A stretch of 64,000 nucleotides of DNA from Lytechinus pictus (taxonomy: Eukaryota). Below, piece by piece: positions 52,163 through 64,000 of this stretch. Position 1 is the first letter of the stretch. Each line of letters starts with the position of its first letter. A program made the translations under genes and the position numbers. Location: assembly GCF_037042905.1 (NCBI RefSeq), contig NC_087251.1, positions 23,190,001 to 23,254,000 on the forward strand. Direction: 5' to 3'. The notes under the pieces are model-generated. The model had not been told where the DNA came from. It worked only from the letters and a program-made list of their open reading frames with translations, and made no database searches.

Positions 52163-54719
52163 ATGTATTATCATGGGAAGGAAAAAGCCGTTGTTCAATG
52201 GAACTGTCGAGGAGTAAAACCTAATTATGAGGAAATCAAATGTCTTTTACTTAATCATAATCCATATGTTATGTGTTTACAAGAAACATTTTTGAGAGAT
52301 TCAGATAATATTTCATTTAGGGGTTATGATATGTTTAATAAAACTAGTACTTCTTTGATAGATGGTAGACCTATTAGAGGTTCATCAATATTGATTAAGA
52401 AAGGAGTTCCACATGAAGCTCTTGAACTTCATACTAATCTACAAGCTGTTGCAGCTAAGATAACCCTCCACTGCACTTTTACAATATGTTCCATATATAT
52501 TCCACCTAGACATGAGCTTTCAGAAGCTGAATTAGTTAGACTAGTTAACCAGCTTCCTGTACCTTTTTTGTTAGTAGGGGATTTTAATGCTCACAGTTCC
52601 CTTTGGGGCTGTCAGAACTCAAATAGATTAGGTAATATTGTTGAGCTAATGCTTGAACATTTTGATTTATGTCTTTTAAATGATGATTCTCCTACATATC
52701 TTCATCCAGCTTCTGGTTCCATGACGGCTATCGATATATCTATTTGTTCACCTAATATTTTTATGGATTTCCAATGGAAAGTCCATAGTGAACAATGTGG
52801 TAGCGATCACTTCCCTATTCTTATTGAAATTGTAAGACCTTTACCAGAGGAAAAAGTTCCTAAATGGCAACTTCACAAAGCAAATTGGGATGCTTTCTCA
52901 AATCAGTGTTTATTAAATATTAATAATGGTAATTTTCAGGATACAGAGGATCCTCTTGCTTTGTTTTCTCATACATTACTTGATATAGCTACCAATACGA
53001 TACCAAAATCTGGTTCTTCTCATCGTAAACATAATCCTTGGTTTAATGCTGAATGTAAAGAAGCTGTTAAATGTCGTAAAAAGGCCTTAAGGAAATTTAA
53101 AAAATACCCAAATAATAACAATTTGCGAAAATATCGAGAAACAAGAGCAAAGACACGCAATATTATCAAGAAAAATAAACGTCAATCTTGGAAAAATTAT
53201 GTTTCTAAACTGAATATTCATACTCCCATTAATAAAGTGTGGGAAATGGTGAGGAAAATATGTGGAAAACATCTGAGTAATTCTGTATCTTATTTGACTA
53301 AATCGGATGGTGATAAATGTACAGAAAGGACAGATATTGTTAATTTACTGGCAGAGGAATTCGAACATAACTCATCATCTAATCATTACTCTCCTACATT
53401 TCAGATTTATAAAAATCAAGCAGAAAGTCAGGAACTCAATTTTTTATCAAATAATGTAAAGGATTATAATATCCCATTTACTATCTCTGAGTTGAAAAAC
53501 TCACTCGGTAAATGTCATGATACTGCAACTGGTCCAGATGAAATTCATTATCAATTTTTAAAACATCTACCAGAAGCATCTCTTTTAGTTCTTTTAGATA
53601 TATTTAACAAAATTTGGAGAACAGGTGACTTCCCAGATTCGTGGCGGGAAGCTATCATTATTCCTATTCCGAAACCTGGTAAGGACACATCTAAGCCTAC
53701 GAATTATCGTCCCATCTCTTTGACTAGTTGTCTTTGTAAAACCATGGAAAGAATGATTAATGCCCGATTAGTTTGGTTCTTGGAGAAGCGTGGTTTGATT
53801 TCAAAGTTTCAAAGTGGTTTTCGTCATAATCGAAGCACTGTTGATCAACTTATTCGACTTGAATCTTTCATTCGTGATGGCATTATTCGAGGTCACCATG
53901 TGGTATCTGTCTTTTTTGATCTTGAAAAGGCCTATGATACTACTTGGAAGTATGGAATTATGAGAGACCTTTTCAATCTTGGGTTGAGGGGCAGGTTGCC
54001 CATTTTCATTCAGAATTTTCTTTCGAATCGTGTGTTTCGAGTCCGCCTAGGGTCAACTTTTTCAGAATTACACAATCAGGAAATGGGTGTTCCTCAAGGT
54101 AGCATACTTTCTGTTACTTTGTTCTTATTGAAGATCAATAGCATTGTTGACGTTGTAAATCCTAGGTTTGATAAGTCCTTGTTTGTGGACGACTTCTGTA
54201 TTTCTTGTTCGTCACGAAATATGTCGACCATTGAAACAGTATTACAAAATTGTCTAAATAGAATTGAAAGGTGGGCAGATGAGAATGGTTTCCGCTTTTC
54301 AAAAACCAAGACAGTTTGTGTACATTTTTGTACTAAACGATCAGTGCATCCAGATCCTAAAATTAGAATAAATGGCTCTATCATTCCTATAGTTCAACAA
54401 ACTAAATACCTAGGCTTAATCTTTGATAATAAACTCAATTTTAAAGCTCATATTGATTATGTAAGACAAAAGTGTCATAAAGCTTTAAATCTTTTGAAGG
54501 TTGTGTCCAAAATGGATTGGGGTGCTGATCGCATTGTCCTCCTCCGTTTATATAGATCTTTAGTTAGATCTAAGCTTGATTATGGCAGTGCAGTTTATAG
54601 TTCCGCCCGAAAGTCATATCTTGAAAAATTGAAACCCATACAGAATCAAGGACTTCGACTTTGTCTAGGAGCATTTCGTACATCTCCTATGGAGAGTCTT
54701 TATGTGGAGGCTAATGAAC
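52163..54719 (+). CDS. LINE ORF2: AP endonuclease + reverse transcriptase (C-terminally broken)
   Basis: QWNCRG, LQET, GDFNAH, SDHFPI; GPDEI, YRPISL, FFDLEKAYD, GVPQGS, FVDD, KYLG. Confidence 0.93.
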
Positions 54720-54724
54720 TAAAA

Positions 54725-56357
54725 GAAAAGAGGAGTAGGTTTTTTAACGTGCAAATGGTGTGACTCTCCCTTACACGGGACCGACGGCTTAGAGTCTCCT
54801 CCGAAAGACTAGACAATTGGAATAAAATACCTTGCCCAAGGGTATACCTGTTGTGATTGGGAATCGAACAGTTTCCCACCTAAAATCTAATAAACAGATT
54901 GATCTCCTTTAGGAAATTTACAATACATAATCGTGAAATATCTCTAAATAATATCTTAAGGTCAGGAACATCATAAAAGTTAGTACGAATATGTGCAAAA
55001 TCAGCACATTCAATGAGGATGTGTTTTACTGTAAGTGTACAATTACATGATATGCATTGAGGTGGATTTTCTCCTGCAAATAAATATGCATGTGTTAAGT
55101 GAGAATGTCCAATACGAGCACGGGTCAATACAATGTCTTCCCGTCGTTTAGCTAATGGAAGAGTATTTTGTGATTCAAGTCTTGGTTGGTGTTGATGGAG
55201 TTTATTATTAGGATTTAGATCCCATGATGTTTGCCATTTATTTCTAATATAAGTATTAACCTTTGATTTTAGATCAGTGTAAGGTATCTGTATTTCTGTT
55301 ATATCCAGATCTAAAGCTTCTTTAGCTAACTTATCAGCTTTTTCATTACCTTGAATACCTGTCTGGCTTGGTATCCAAACAAATATTATTCGTTTATCTA
55401 GTGTATTAAGTTTATACAGAATTTCCAATAACTGAACAATATAAGGATGTTTATGATTTCTATTTTGTAATGCCGTTAAAGAAGACAAAGAATCTGTATA
55501 AATAACAAAAAGTCTACCGACACAGTTTTCTACAACACCTAAAGCCATTTTCAAAGCTAATAACTCATCAGTATATATGGAAGAACTATCTGGCAATCTA
55601 ACTTGTCTTTGTATAGGACCACTGATACAAGCCGCACCTACTTTATTCTGGTGTTTTGATCCATCTGTATAGATTGCACGATAATTACTATATTTATGTC
55701 TCATTTCTCCAAATTTATTTAGGAAAACTAAATCACTTGTAAAACCCTTTTTATATGTTCTTAGTGTAAAATCAATTACTGGTTCAGCAATCATCCATGG
55801 TGGCATATTAGATATCAAGGAAGGAGCTACGTTAGTAGCATCCAGTATATGTGTTAAAGCTTCTTTCGTACGTAAACCAAAAGTTTTGATGGCTGATGGT
55901 TTACTAGTATAAAAATTAATATATCGTGGCGTGAATGTACAATCATATGTCGGATTATGAGAGTTATTTTTTAACTTTATCGCATAGTGTAAAGAGAGTT
56001 TTTCGTATCTTAGATGTAAGGGGGGTTCATTAGCCTCCACATAAAGACTCTCCATAGGAGATGTACGAAATGCTCCTAGACAAAGTCGAAGTCCTTGATT
56101 CTGTATGGGTTTCAATTTTTCAAGATATGACTTTCGGGCGGAACTATAAACTGCACTGCCATAATCAAGCTTAGGTCTAACTAAAGATCTATATAAACGG
56201 AGAAGGACAATGCGATCAGCACCCCAATCCATTTTGGACACAACCTTCAAAAGATTTAAAGCTTTATGACACTTTAGTCTTACATAATCAATATGAGCTT
56301 TAAAATTGAATTTATTATCAAATATTAAGCCTAGGTATTTAGTTTGTTGAACTACAG
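54725..56357 (-). mobile_element. 5'-truncated LINE copy B (end of RT, RNase H, CCHC, partial 3' UTR), inverted
   Basis: ORF 54880-56397: KYLG..., IYTDGSK, YTDS, WIPS, GNEKAD, CISC...H...C; several substitutions relative to copy C. Confidence 0.9.
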
Positions 56358-57870
56358 GATTGATTGATTGATAAAAATTTAACGACACTATCAACACATG
56401 CGTGTCATATAAGTGTCGGACAGTTAATCTGGAAAGGTTACTATAATACAGTACAAATTACCCTAATGCAACTTTACAAAGGAACAGGATTATAAATAAG
56501 TGATTATCAGCAATAAATTAATATGTTAACTACTTCCCCGGGATAACTTCCCTACTCTTTACGAAAAGAGGAGTAGGTTTTTTAACGTGCAAATGGTGTG
56601 ACTCTCCCTTACACGGGACCGACGGCTTAGAGTCTCCTCCGAAAGACTAGACAATTGGAATAAAATACCTTGCCCAAGGGTATACCTGTTGTGATTGGGA
56701 ATCGAACAGTTTCCCACCTAAAATCTAATAAACAGATTGATCTCCTTTAGGAAATTTACAATACATAATCGTGAAATATATCTAAATAATATCTTAAGGT
56801 CAGGAACATCATAAAAGTTAGTACGAATATGTGCAAAATCAACACATTCAATGAGGATGTGTTTTACTGTAAGTGTACAATTACATGATATGCATTGAGG
56901 TGGATTTTCTCCTGCAAATAAATATGCATGTGTTAAGTGAGAATGTCCAATACGAGCACGGGTCAATACAATGTCTTCCCGTCGTTTAGCTAATGGAAGA
57001 GTATTTTGTGATTCAAGTCTTGGTTGGTGTTGATGGAGTTTATTATTAGGATTTAGATCCCATGATGTTTGCCATTTATTTCTAATATAAGTATTAACCT
57101 TTGATTTTAGATCAGTGTAAGGTATCTGTATTTCTGTTATATCCAGATCTAAAGCTTCTTTAGCTAACTTATCAGCTTTTTCATTACCTTGAATACCTGT
57201 ATGGCTTGGTATCCAAACAAATATTATTTGTTTACCTAGTGTATTGAGTTTATACAGAATTTCCAATAACTGAACAATATAAGGATGTTTATGATTTCTA
57301 TTTTGTAATGCCGTTAAAGAAGACAAAGAATCTGTATAAATAACAAAAAGTCTACCGACACAGTTTTCTACAACACCTAAAGCCATTTTCAAAGCTAATA
57401 ACTCAGCAGTATATATGGAAGAACTATCTGGCAATCTAACTTGTCTTTGTATAGGACCACTGATACAAGCCGCACCTACTTTATTCTGGTGTTTTGATCC
57501 ATCTGTATAGATTGCACGATAATTACTATATTTATGTCTTATTTCTCCAAATTTATTTAGGAAAACTAAATCACTTGTAAAACCCTTTTTATATGTTCTT
57601 AGTGTAAAATCAATTACTGGTTCAGCAATCATCCATGGTGGAATATTAGATATCAAGGAAGGAGCTACGTTAGTAGCATCCAGTATATGTGTTAAAGCTT
57701 CTTTAGTACGTAAACCAAAAGTTTTGATGGCTGATGGTTTACTAGTATAAAAATTAATATATCGTGGCGTGAATGTACAATCATATGTCGGATTATGAGA
57801 GTTATTTTTTAACTTTATCGCATAGTGTAAAGAGAGTTTTTCGTATCTTAGATGTAAGGGGGGTTCATTA
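56358..57870 (-). mobile_element. LINE 3' part (copy C: RNase H, 3' UTR, (AATC)n tail), inverted duplicate
   Basis: Mirror of 62335-63847. Confidence 0.9.
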
Positions 57871-58069
57871 TGAGGCGCCGAATGTACCAATATTATATAG
57901 AACAATTATTTGTTATATAATCATTATTTATTAAATAATAACTATTATTTATATATAATTTACATTTTATTTGTAAATAACTACTATTATATAAAATATC
58001 ATTTCTAATTATTTATATATAATTCCAAGTAATACTTCATTATTTGTAAATAATAATAGTTCGACATTC

Positions 58070-58835
58070 CATTATTTATAAATAATGATTATTTGTTTTT
58101 CATTATTTATAAATAATGATTATTTGTTTTTCATTATTTATAAATAATGATTATTTGTTTTTCATTATTTACAAATAATGATTATTTGTTTTTCATTATT
58201 TATAAATAATGATTATTTGTTTTTCATTATTTATAAATAATGATTATTTGTTTTTCATTATTTACAAATAATGATTATTTGTTTTTCATTATTTATAAAT
58301 AATGATTATTTGTTTTTCATTATTTATAAATAATGATTATTTGTTTTTCATTATTTATAAATAATGATTATTTGTTTTTCATTATTTACAAATAATGATT
58401 ATTTGTTTTTCATTATTTATAAATAATGATGATTTGTTTTTCATTATTTATAAATAATTTGTTGAGTTTTCCATTATTTATAAATAATGATTATTTGTTA
58501 AATAATGAAAACGTCTACTTCATTATTTATAAATAATTTTTTCGAGTGCACCATTATTCTCATTATTTATAAATAATCATTATTTAATGTTCGAGTTTTC
58601 CATTATTTATAAATAAAGATTATTTGTTAAATAATGAAATATCTACTTCATTATTTATAAATAATAATTTTGTTTCAATATCCCATTAATCATTATTTAT
58701 AAACAATTTTTACAGTTTGCCATTATATACAAATAACCATTATTTATTAAATAATGCCATTATTTATTAAATAATGCCATTATTTATTAAATAATGCCAT
58801 TATTTATTAAATAATGCCATTATTTATTAAATAAT
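58070..58835. repeat. 31-bp AT-rich minisatellite (about 12 units) followed by 20-bp repeats
   Basis: (ttatttataaataatgattatttgtttttca)n and (ataatgccattatttattaa)x4. Confidence 0.92.
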
Positions 58836-59544
58836 GGAAAACTCGCTATAACATGCAAATGTGGGACCGCCCATGATATGAATATTCATGATGCGATTTC
58901 CTTTTTCGTGATTTTTCTTCACAAATTTTTGTCCATTTCCTCTTCATAATGACATTTCTTGAAGCAATTTTCTAGGGATATGGTCTGATTGTAATATTCT
59001 TCATTTTCTATATAACTTCGTCTTCGTAGAAATATAAAAAAGTGTAATTTTATACGATTTTTCCTACAGTTCACAATCCCCATAGGCGCGCGTGTACGGT
59101 AGGGACAACCGGTGAATCGACGGAGTGCTCTTCATCGAAATACTACGTTGGTTGGTCCCCGGAAGTGGCGGGCGGAATTTAGCCCGAATCCTCGATGGAA
59201 GTCGATCAAGTGCATATGAGCTGAGAGAGTGAAATATCAGTGTACTTGTACAGGCCCTTCTACTTTTTATAAATATTTCTTGTTGCTTTTTTTGTTAAGT
59301 TAATTTTTCCTGGTGTAGAGATAAGTTTCAGTTCTAATAATGCACTTCAAATACATTTTGGAGTGTCTGTTTGAGGCGTTTGGGGCGATTTCACCCTGGC
59401 CCCAAAATGCTCGCAACGACAATACGGGGGCATGATGACCCCTAAATTTTTAAAAACTTATTTTTCTATTGAAAATTATCACAAAATTCACCAAAAGTGT
59501 GCACGAAAGCCTTCGTATTTCACTTTTAAAACTCCATAAAGTGC

Positions 59545-60211
59545 CCAAATGACAAGCTTGGTCGCTTCGCTGTGTCGCATTCAACTTGAGAACGTTTACG
59601 CGTCTGCTTCGATATATCCCCCCCCCCCTCCTCCGAAAGAAATTCTGTATACGGCCATGCTCTAAAGAGCCTGGCACATTGATTTATGTATACTTTCATT
59701 TTCATTATTTTTATCTCATTATCAACATGGCCTTACGCAGAATTTTTTCCAGGGGGGCCGGGGCCGGAGCATGACGCGCGTAAACTTTCTCAAAAAAATC
59801 TTGAAAGCGAGACAGCCACGGGACCAAGCCCAAATGACAAGCTTGGTCGCTTCGCTGTCTCGCATTCAACTTGAGAACGTTTACGCGTCTGCTTCGATAT
59901 ATCCCCCCCCCCCCCCCCCTCCTCCGAAAGAAATTCTGTATACGGCCATGCTCTAAAGAGCCTGGCACATTGATTTATGTATACTTTCATTTTCATTATT
60001 TTTATCTCATTATCAACATGGCCTTACGCAGAATTTTTTCCAGGGGGGCCGGGGCCGGAGCATGACGCGCGTAAACTTTCTCAAAAAAATCTTGAAAGCG
60101 AGACAGCCACGGGACCAAGCCCAAATGACAAGCTTGGTCGCTTCGCTGTCTCGCTTTCAACTTGAGAACGTTTACGCGCGTCTGCCCCCACCCCCCGAAA
60201 GAAATTCTGTG
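59545..60211. repeat. ~291-bp tandem units in the left arm
   Basis: gcccaaatgacaagcttggtcgcttcgc recurs at ~59545, ~59830 and ~60120. Confidence 0.85.
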
Positions 60212-61388
60212 TAAGCTAGGCCATGATGATAATGTGATAAAAATAATGAAAATGAAAAGTACATATAAATCAATGTGCCATATGCTCTTTTGAGCATGGC
60301 CGTTCACAGAATTTCTTTCGGGGGGTGGGGGCAGACGCGCGTAAACGTTCTCAAGTTGAAATCGAGACAGCGAAGCGACCAAGCTTGTCATTTGGGCTTG
60401 GTCCCGTGGCTGTCTCGCTTTCAAGATTTTTTTGAGAAAGTTTACGCGCGTCATGCTCCGGCCCCGGCCCCCCTGGAAAAAATTCTGCGTAAGGCCATGT
60501 TGATAATGAGATAAAAATAATGAAAATGAAAGTATACATAAATCAATGTGCCAGGCTCTTTAGAGCATGGCCGTATACAGAATTTCTTTCGGAGGAGGGG
60601 GGGGGGGATATATCGAAGCAGACGCGTAAACGTTCTCAAGTTGAATGCGACACAGCGAAGCGACCAAGCTTGTCATTTGGGCACTTTATGGAGTTTTAAA
60701 AGTGAAATACGAAGGCTTTCGTGCACACTTTTGGTGAATTTTGTGATAATTTTCAATAGAAAAATAAGTTTTTAAAAATTTAGGGGTCATCATGCCCCCG
60801 TATTGTCGTTGCGAGCATTTTGGGGCCAGGGTGAAATCGCCCCAAACGCCTCAAACAGACACTCCAAAATGTATTTGAAGTGCATTATTAGAACTGAAAC
60901 TTATCTCTACACCAGGAAAAATTAACTTAACAAAAAAAGCAACAAGAAATATTTATAAAAAGTAGAAGGGCCTGTACAAGTACACTGATATTTCACTCTC
61001 TCAGCTCATATGCACTTGATCGACTTCCATCGAGGATTCGGGCTAAATTCCGCCCGCCACTTCCGGGGACCAACCAACGTAGTATTTCGATGAAGAGCAC
61101 TCCGTCGATTCACCGGTTGTCCCTACCGTACACGCGCGCCTATGGGGATTGTGAACTGTAGGAAAAATCGTATAAAATTACACTTTTTTATATTTCTACG
61201 AAGACGAAGTTATATAGAAAATGAAGAATATTACAATCAGACCATATCCCTAGAAAATTGCTTCAAGAAATGTCATTATGAAGAGGAAATGGACAAAAAT
61301 TTGTGAAGAAAAATCACGAAAAAGGAAATCGCATCATGAATATTCATATCATGGGCGGTCCCACATTTGCATGTTATAGCGAGTTTTC

Positions 61389-62135
61389 CATTATTTAATA
61401 AATAATGGCATTATTTAATAAATAATGGCATTATTTAATAAATAATGGCATTATTTAATAAATAATGGTTATTTGTATATAATGGCAAACTGTAAAAATT
61501 GTTTATAAATAATGATTAATGGGATATTGAAACAAAATTATTATTTATAAATAATGAAGTAGATATTTCATTATTTAACAAATAATCTTTATTTATAAAT
61601 AATGGAAAACTCGAACATTAAATAATGATTATTTATAAATAATGAGAATAATGGTGCACTCGAAAAAATTATTTATAAATAATGAAGTAGACGTTTTCAT
61701 TATTTAACAAATAATCATTATTTATAAATAATGGAAAACTCAACAAATTATTTATAAATAATGAAAAACAAATCATCATTATTTATAAATAATGAAAAAC
61801 AAATAATCATTATTTGTAAATAATGAAAAACAAATAATCATTATTTATAAATAATGAAAAACAAATAATCATTATTTATAAATAATGAAAAACAAATAAT
61901 CATTATTTATAAATAATGAAAAACAAATAATCATTATTTGTAAATAATGAAAAACAAATAATCATTATTTATAAATAATGAAAAACAAATAATCATTATT
62001 TATAAATAATGAAAAACAAATAATCATTATTTGTAAATAATGAAAAACAAATAATCATTATTTATAAATAATGAAAAACAAATAATCATTATTTATAAAT
62101 AATGAAAAACAAATAATCATTATTTATAAATAATG
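61389..62135. repeat. Mirror copy of the 20-bp and 31-bp arrays
   Basis: Reverse complement of 58070-58835 with one fewer 20-bp unit. Confidence 0.92.
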
Positions 62136-62334
62136 GAATGTCGAACTATTATTATTTACAAATAATGAAGTATTACTTGGAATTATATATAAATAATTAG
62201 AAATGATATTTTATATAATAGTAGTTATTTACAAATAAAATGTAAATTATATATAAATAATAGTTATTATTTAATAAATAATGATTATATAACAAATAAT
62301 TGTTCTATATAATATTGGTACATTCGGCGCCTCA

Positions 62335-63847
62335 TAATGAACCCCCCTTACATCTAAGATACGAAAAACTCTCTTTACACTATGCGATAAAGTTAAAAAA
62401 TAACTCTCATAATCCGACATATGATTGTACATTCACGCCACGATATATTAATTTTTATACTAGTAAACCATCAGCCATCAAAACTTTTGGTTTACGTACT
62501 AAAGAAGCTTTAACACATATACTGGATGCTACTAACGTAGCTCCTTCCTTGATATATAATATTCCACCATGGATGATTGCTGAACCAGTAATTGATTTTA
62601 CACTAAGAACATATAAAAAGGGTTTTACAAGTGATTTAGTTTTCCTAAATAAATTTGGAGAAATAAGACATAAATATAGTAATTATCGTGCAATCTATAC
62701 AGATGGATCAAAACACCAGAATAAAGTAGGTGCGGCTTGTATCAGTGGTCCTATACAAAGACAAGTTAGATTGCCAGATAGTTCTTCCATATATACTGCT
62801 GAGTTATTAGCTTTGAAAATGGCTTTAGGTGTTGTAGAAAACTGTGTCGGTAGACTTTTTGTTATTTATACAGATTCTTTGTCTTCTTTAACGGCATTAC
62901 AAAATAGAAATCATAAACATCCTTATATTGTTCAGTTATTGGAAATTCTGTATAAACTCAATACACTAGGTAAACAAATAATATTTGTTTGGATACCAAG
63001 CCATACAGGTATTCAAGGTAATGAAAAAGCTGATAAGTTAGCTAAAGAAGCTTTAGATCTGGATATAACAGAAATACAGATACCTTACACTGATCTAAAA
63101 TCAAAGGTTAATACTTATATTAGAAATAAATGGCAAACATCATGGGATCTAAATCCTAATAATAAACTCCATCAACACCAACCAAGACTTGAATCACAAA
63201 ATACTCTTCCATTAGCTAAACGACGGGAAGACATTGTATTGACCCGTGCTCGTATTGGACATTCTCACTTAACACATGCATATTTATTTGCAGGAGAAAA
63301 TCCACCTCAATGCATATCATGTAATTGTACACTTACAGTAAAACACATCCTCATTGAATGTGTTGATTTTGCACATATTCGTACTAACTTTTATGATGTT
63401 CCTGACCTTAAGATATTATTTAGATATATTTCACGATTATGTATTGTAAATTTCCTAAAGGAGATCAATCTGTTTATTAGATTTTAGGTGGGAAACTGTT
63501 CGATTCCCAATCACAACAGGTATACCCTTGGGCAAGGTATTTTATTCCAATTGTCTAGTCTTTCGGAGGAGACTCTAAGCCGTCGGTCCCGTGTAAGGGA
63601 GAGTCACACCATTTGCACGTTAAAAAACCTACTCCTCTTTTCGTAAAGAGTAGGGAAGTTATCCCGGGGAAGTAGTTAACATATTAATTTATTGCTGATA
63701 ATCACTTATTTATAATCCTGTTCCTTTGTAAAGTTGCATTAGGGTAATTTGTACTGTATTATAGTAACCTTTCCAGATTAACTGTCCGACACTTATATGA
63801 CACGCATGTGTTGATAGTGTCGTTAAATTTTTATCAATCAATCAATC
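62335..63847 (+). mobile_element. LINE 3' part (copy C) completing the element begun at 49814: RNase H + CCHC, 3' UTR, (AATC)n tail
   Basis: Starts NEPPLHLR in continuity with ...YVEANE; stop at 63487; tail atcaatcaatcaatc 63833-63847. Confidence 0.9.
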
Positions 63848-64000
63848 CTGTAGTTCAACAAACTAAATACCTAGGCTTAATATTTGATAATAAATTCAAT
63901 TTTAAAGCTCATATTGATTATGTAAGACTAAAGTGTCATAAAGCTTTAAATCTTTTGAAGGTTGTGTCCAAAATGGATTGGGGTGCTGATCGCATTGTCC
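63848..64000 (+). mobile_element. Start of 5'-truncated LINE copy B, runs off the window
   Basis: Mirror of 56205-56357; VVQQTKYLGLIFDNK. Confidence 0.88.

Larger units (their letters stand above)
49814..54719 (+). mobile_element. I-group LINE (I/Nimb-like), 5' part: 5' UTR, ORF1, ORF2 up to ...YVEANE
   Basis: Gag-like ORF1 with 3 CCHC knuckles and APE-RT ORF2; ends at taatgaac, exactly where the RNase H fragments begin. The 5' boundary is inferred from the structured motif. Confidence 0.9.
57871..62334. mobile_element. Foldback-type element with modular ~2-kb inverted arms
   Basis: Termini tgaggcgccgaatgtacc / ggtacattcggcgcctca; outer AT-rich 31-bp and 20-bp tandem repeats, inner unique domain, 291-bp units, 93-bp spacer (60212-60304); 8-bp target taatgaac. 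Confidence 0.75.

Noticed and set aside
54386..56357. LINE inversion explained by twin priming
   Set aside because: The fragments converge tail-to-tail, whereas twin priming joins them head-to-head; copy B is also diverged from A/C.
56718..57905. Stand-alone RNase H genes (also 62300-63487)
   Set aside because: They are LINE ORF2 C-terminal fragments; the apparent starts lie in the foldback terminus.
58070..58460. 31-bp repeats as a CRISPR array
   Set aside because: Units are directly tandem with no unique spacers, no cas genes, and the context is eukaryotic.
59450..60775. Cluster of mirrored short ORFs
   Set aside because: Translations of the 291-bp units on both palindrome arms.

Overview
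AT-rich, intron-containing animal genomic DNA; the repeat repertoire suggests a marine invertebrate, possibly an echinoderm (inference). Bases 1-21 kb hold the last 14 visible coding exons (+ strand, 1289-18596) of an SLC24/NCKX K+-dependent Na+/Ca2+ exchanger (NCKX3/4-like); its 5' end lies upstream of the window. The rest is a set of nested mobile elements: (1) a 5'-truncated Penelope-like retroelement (RT + GIY-YIG) with an inverted pseudo-LTR and minimal hammerhead ribozymes, inserted in a TTAA MITE (25.3-27.8 kb); (2) a non-coding long-TIR element with a 6-bp TSD (34676-49645) that hosts a 7.4-kb Academ-like element and an 8-bp-TSD hAT-like element; (3) an I-group LINE (ORF1, APE-RT-RNase H) with a structured 5' RNA motif and a Deu/Nin-SINE-like 3' UTR. 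The LINE is split at an 8-bp duplication by a 4.5-kb foldback-type element (57871-62334), and the flank of that element is itself duplicated in inverted orientation, giving a near-perfect palindrome centred at about 60258 that runs past the window end. All alignments and RNA folds were done by eye; no searches were run.
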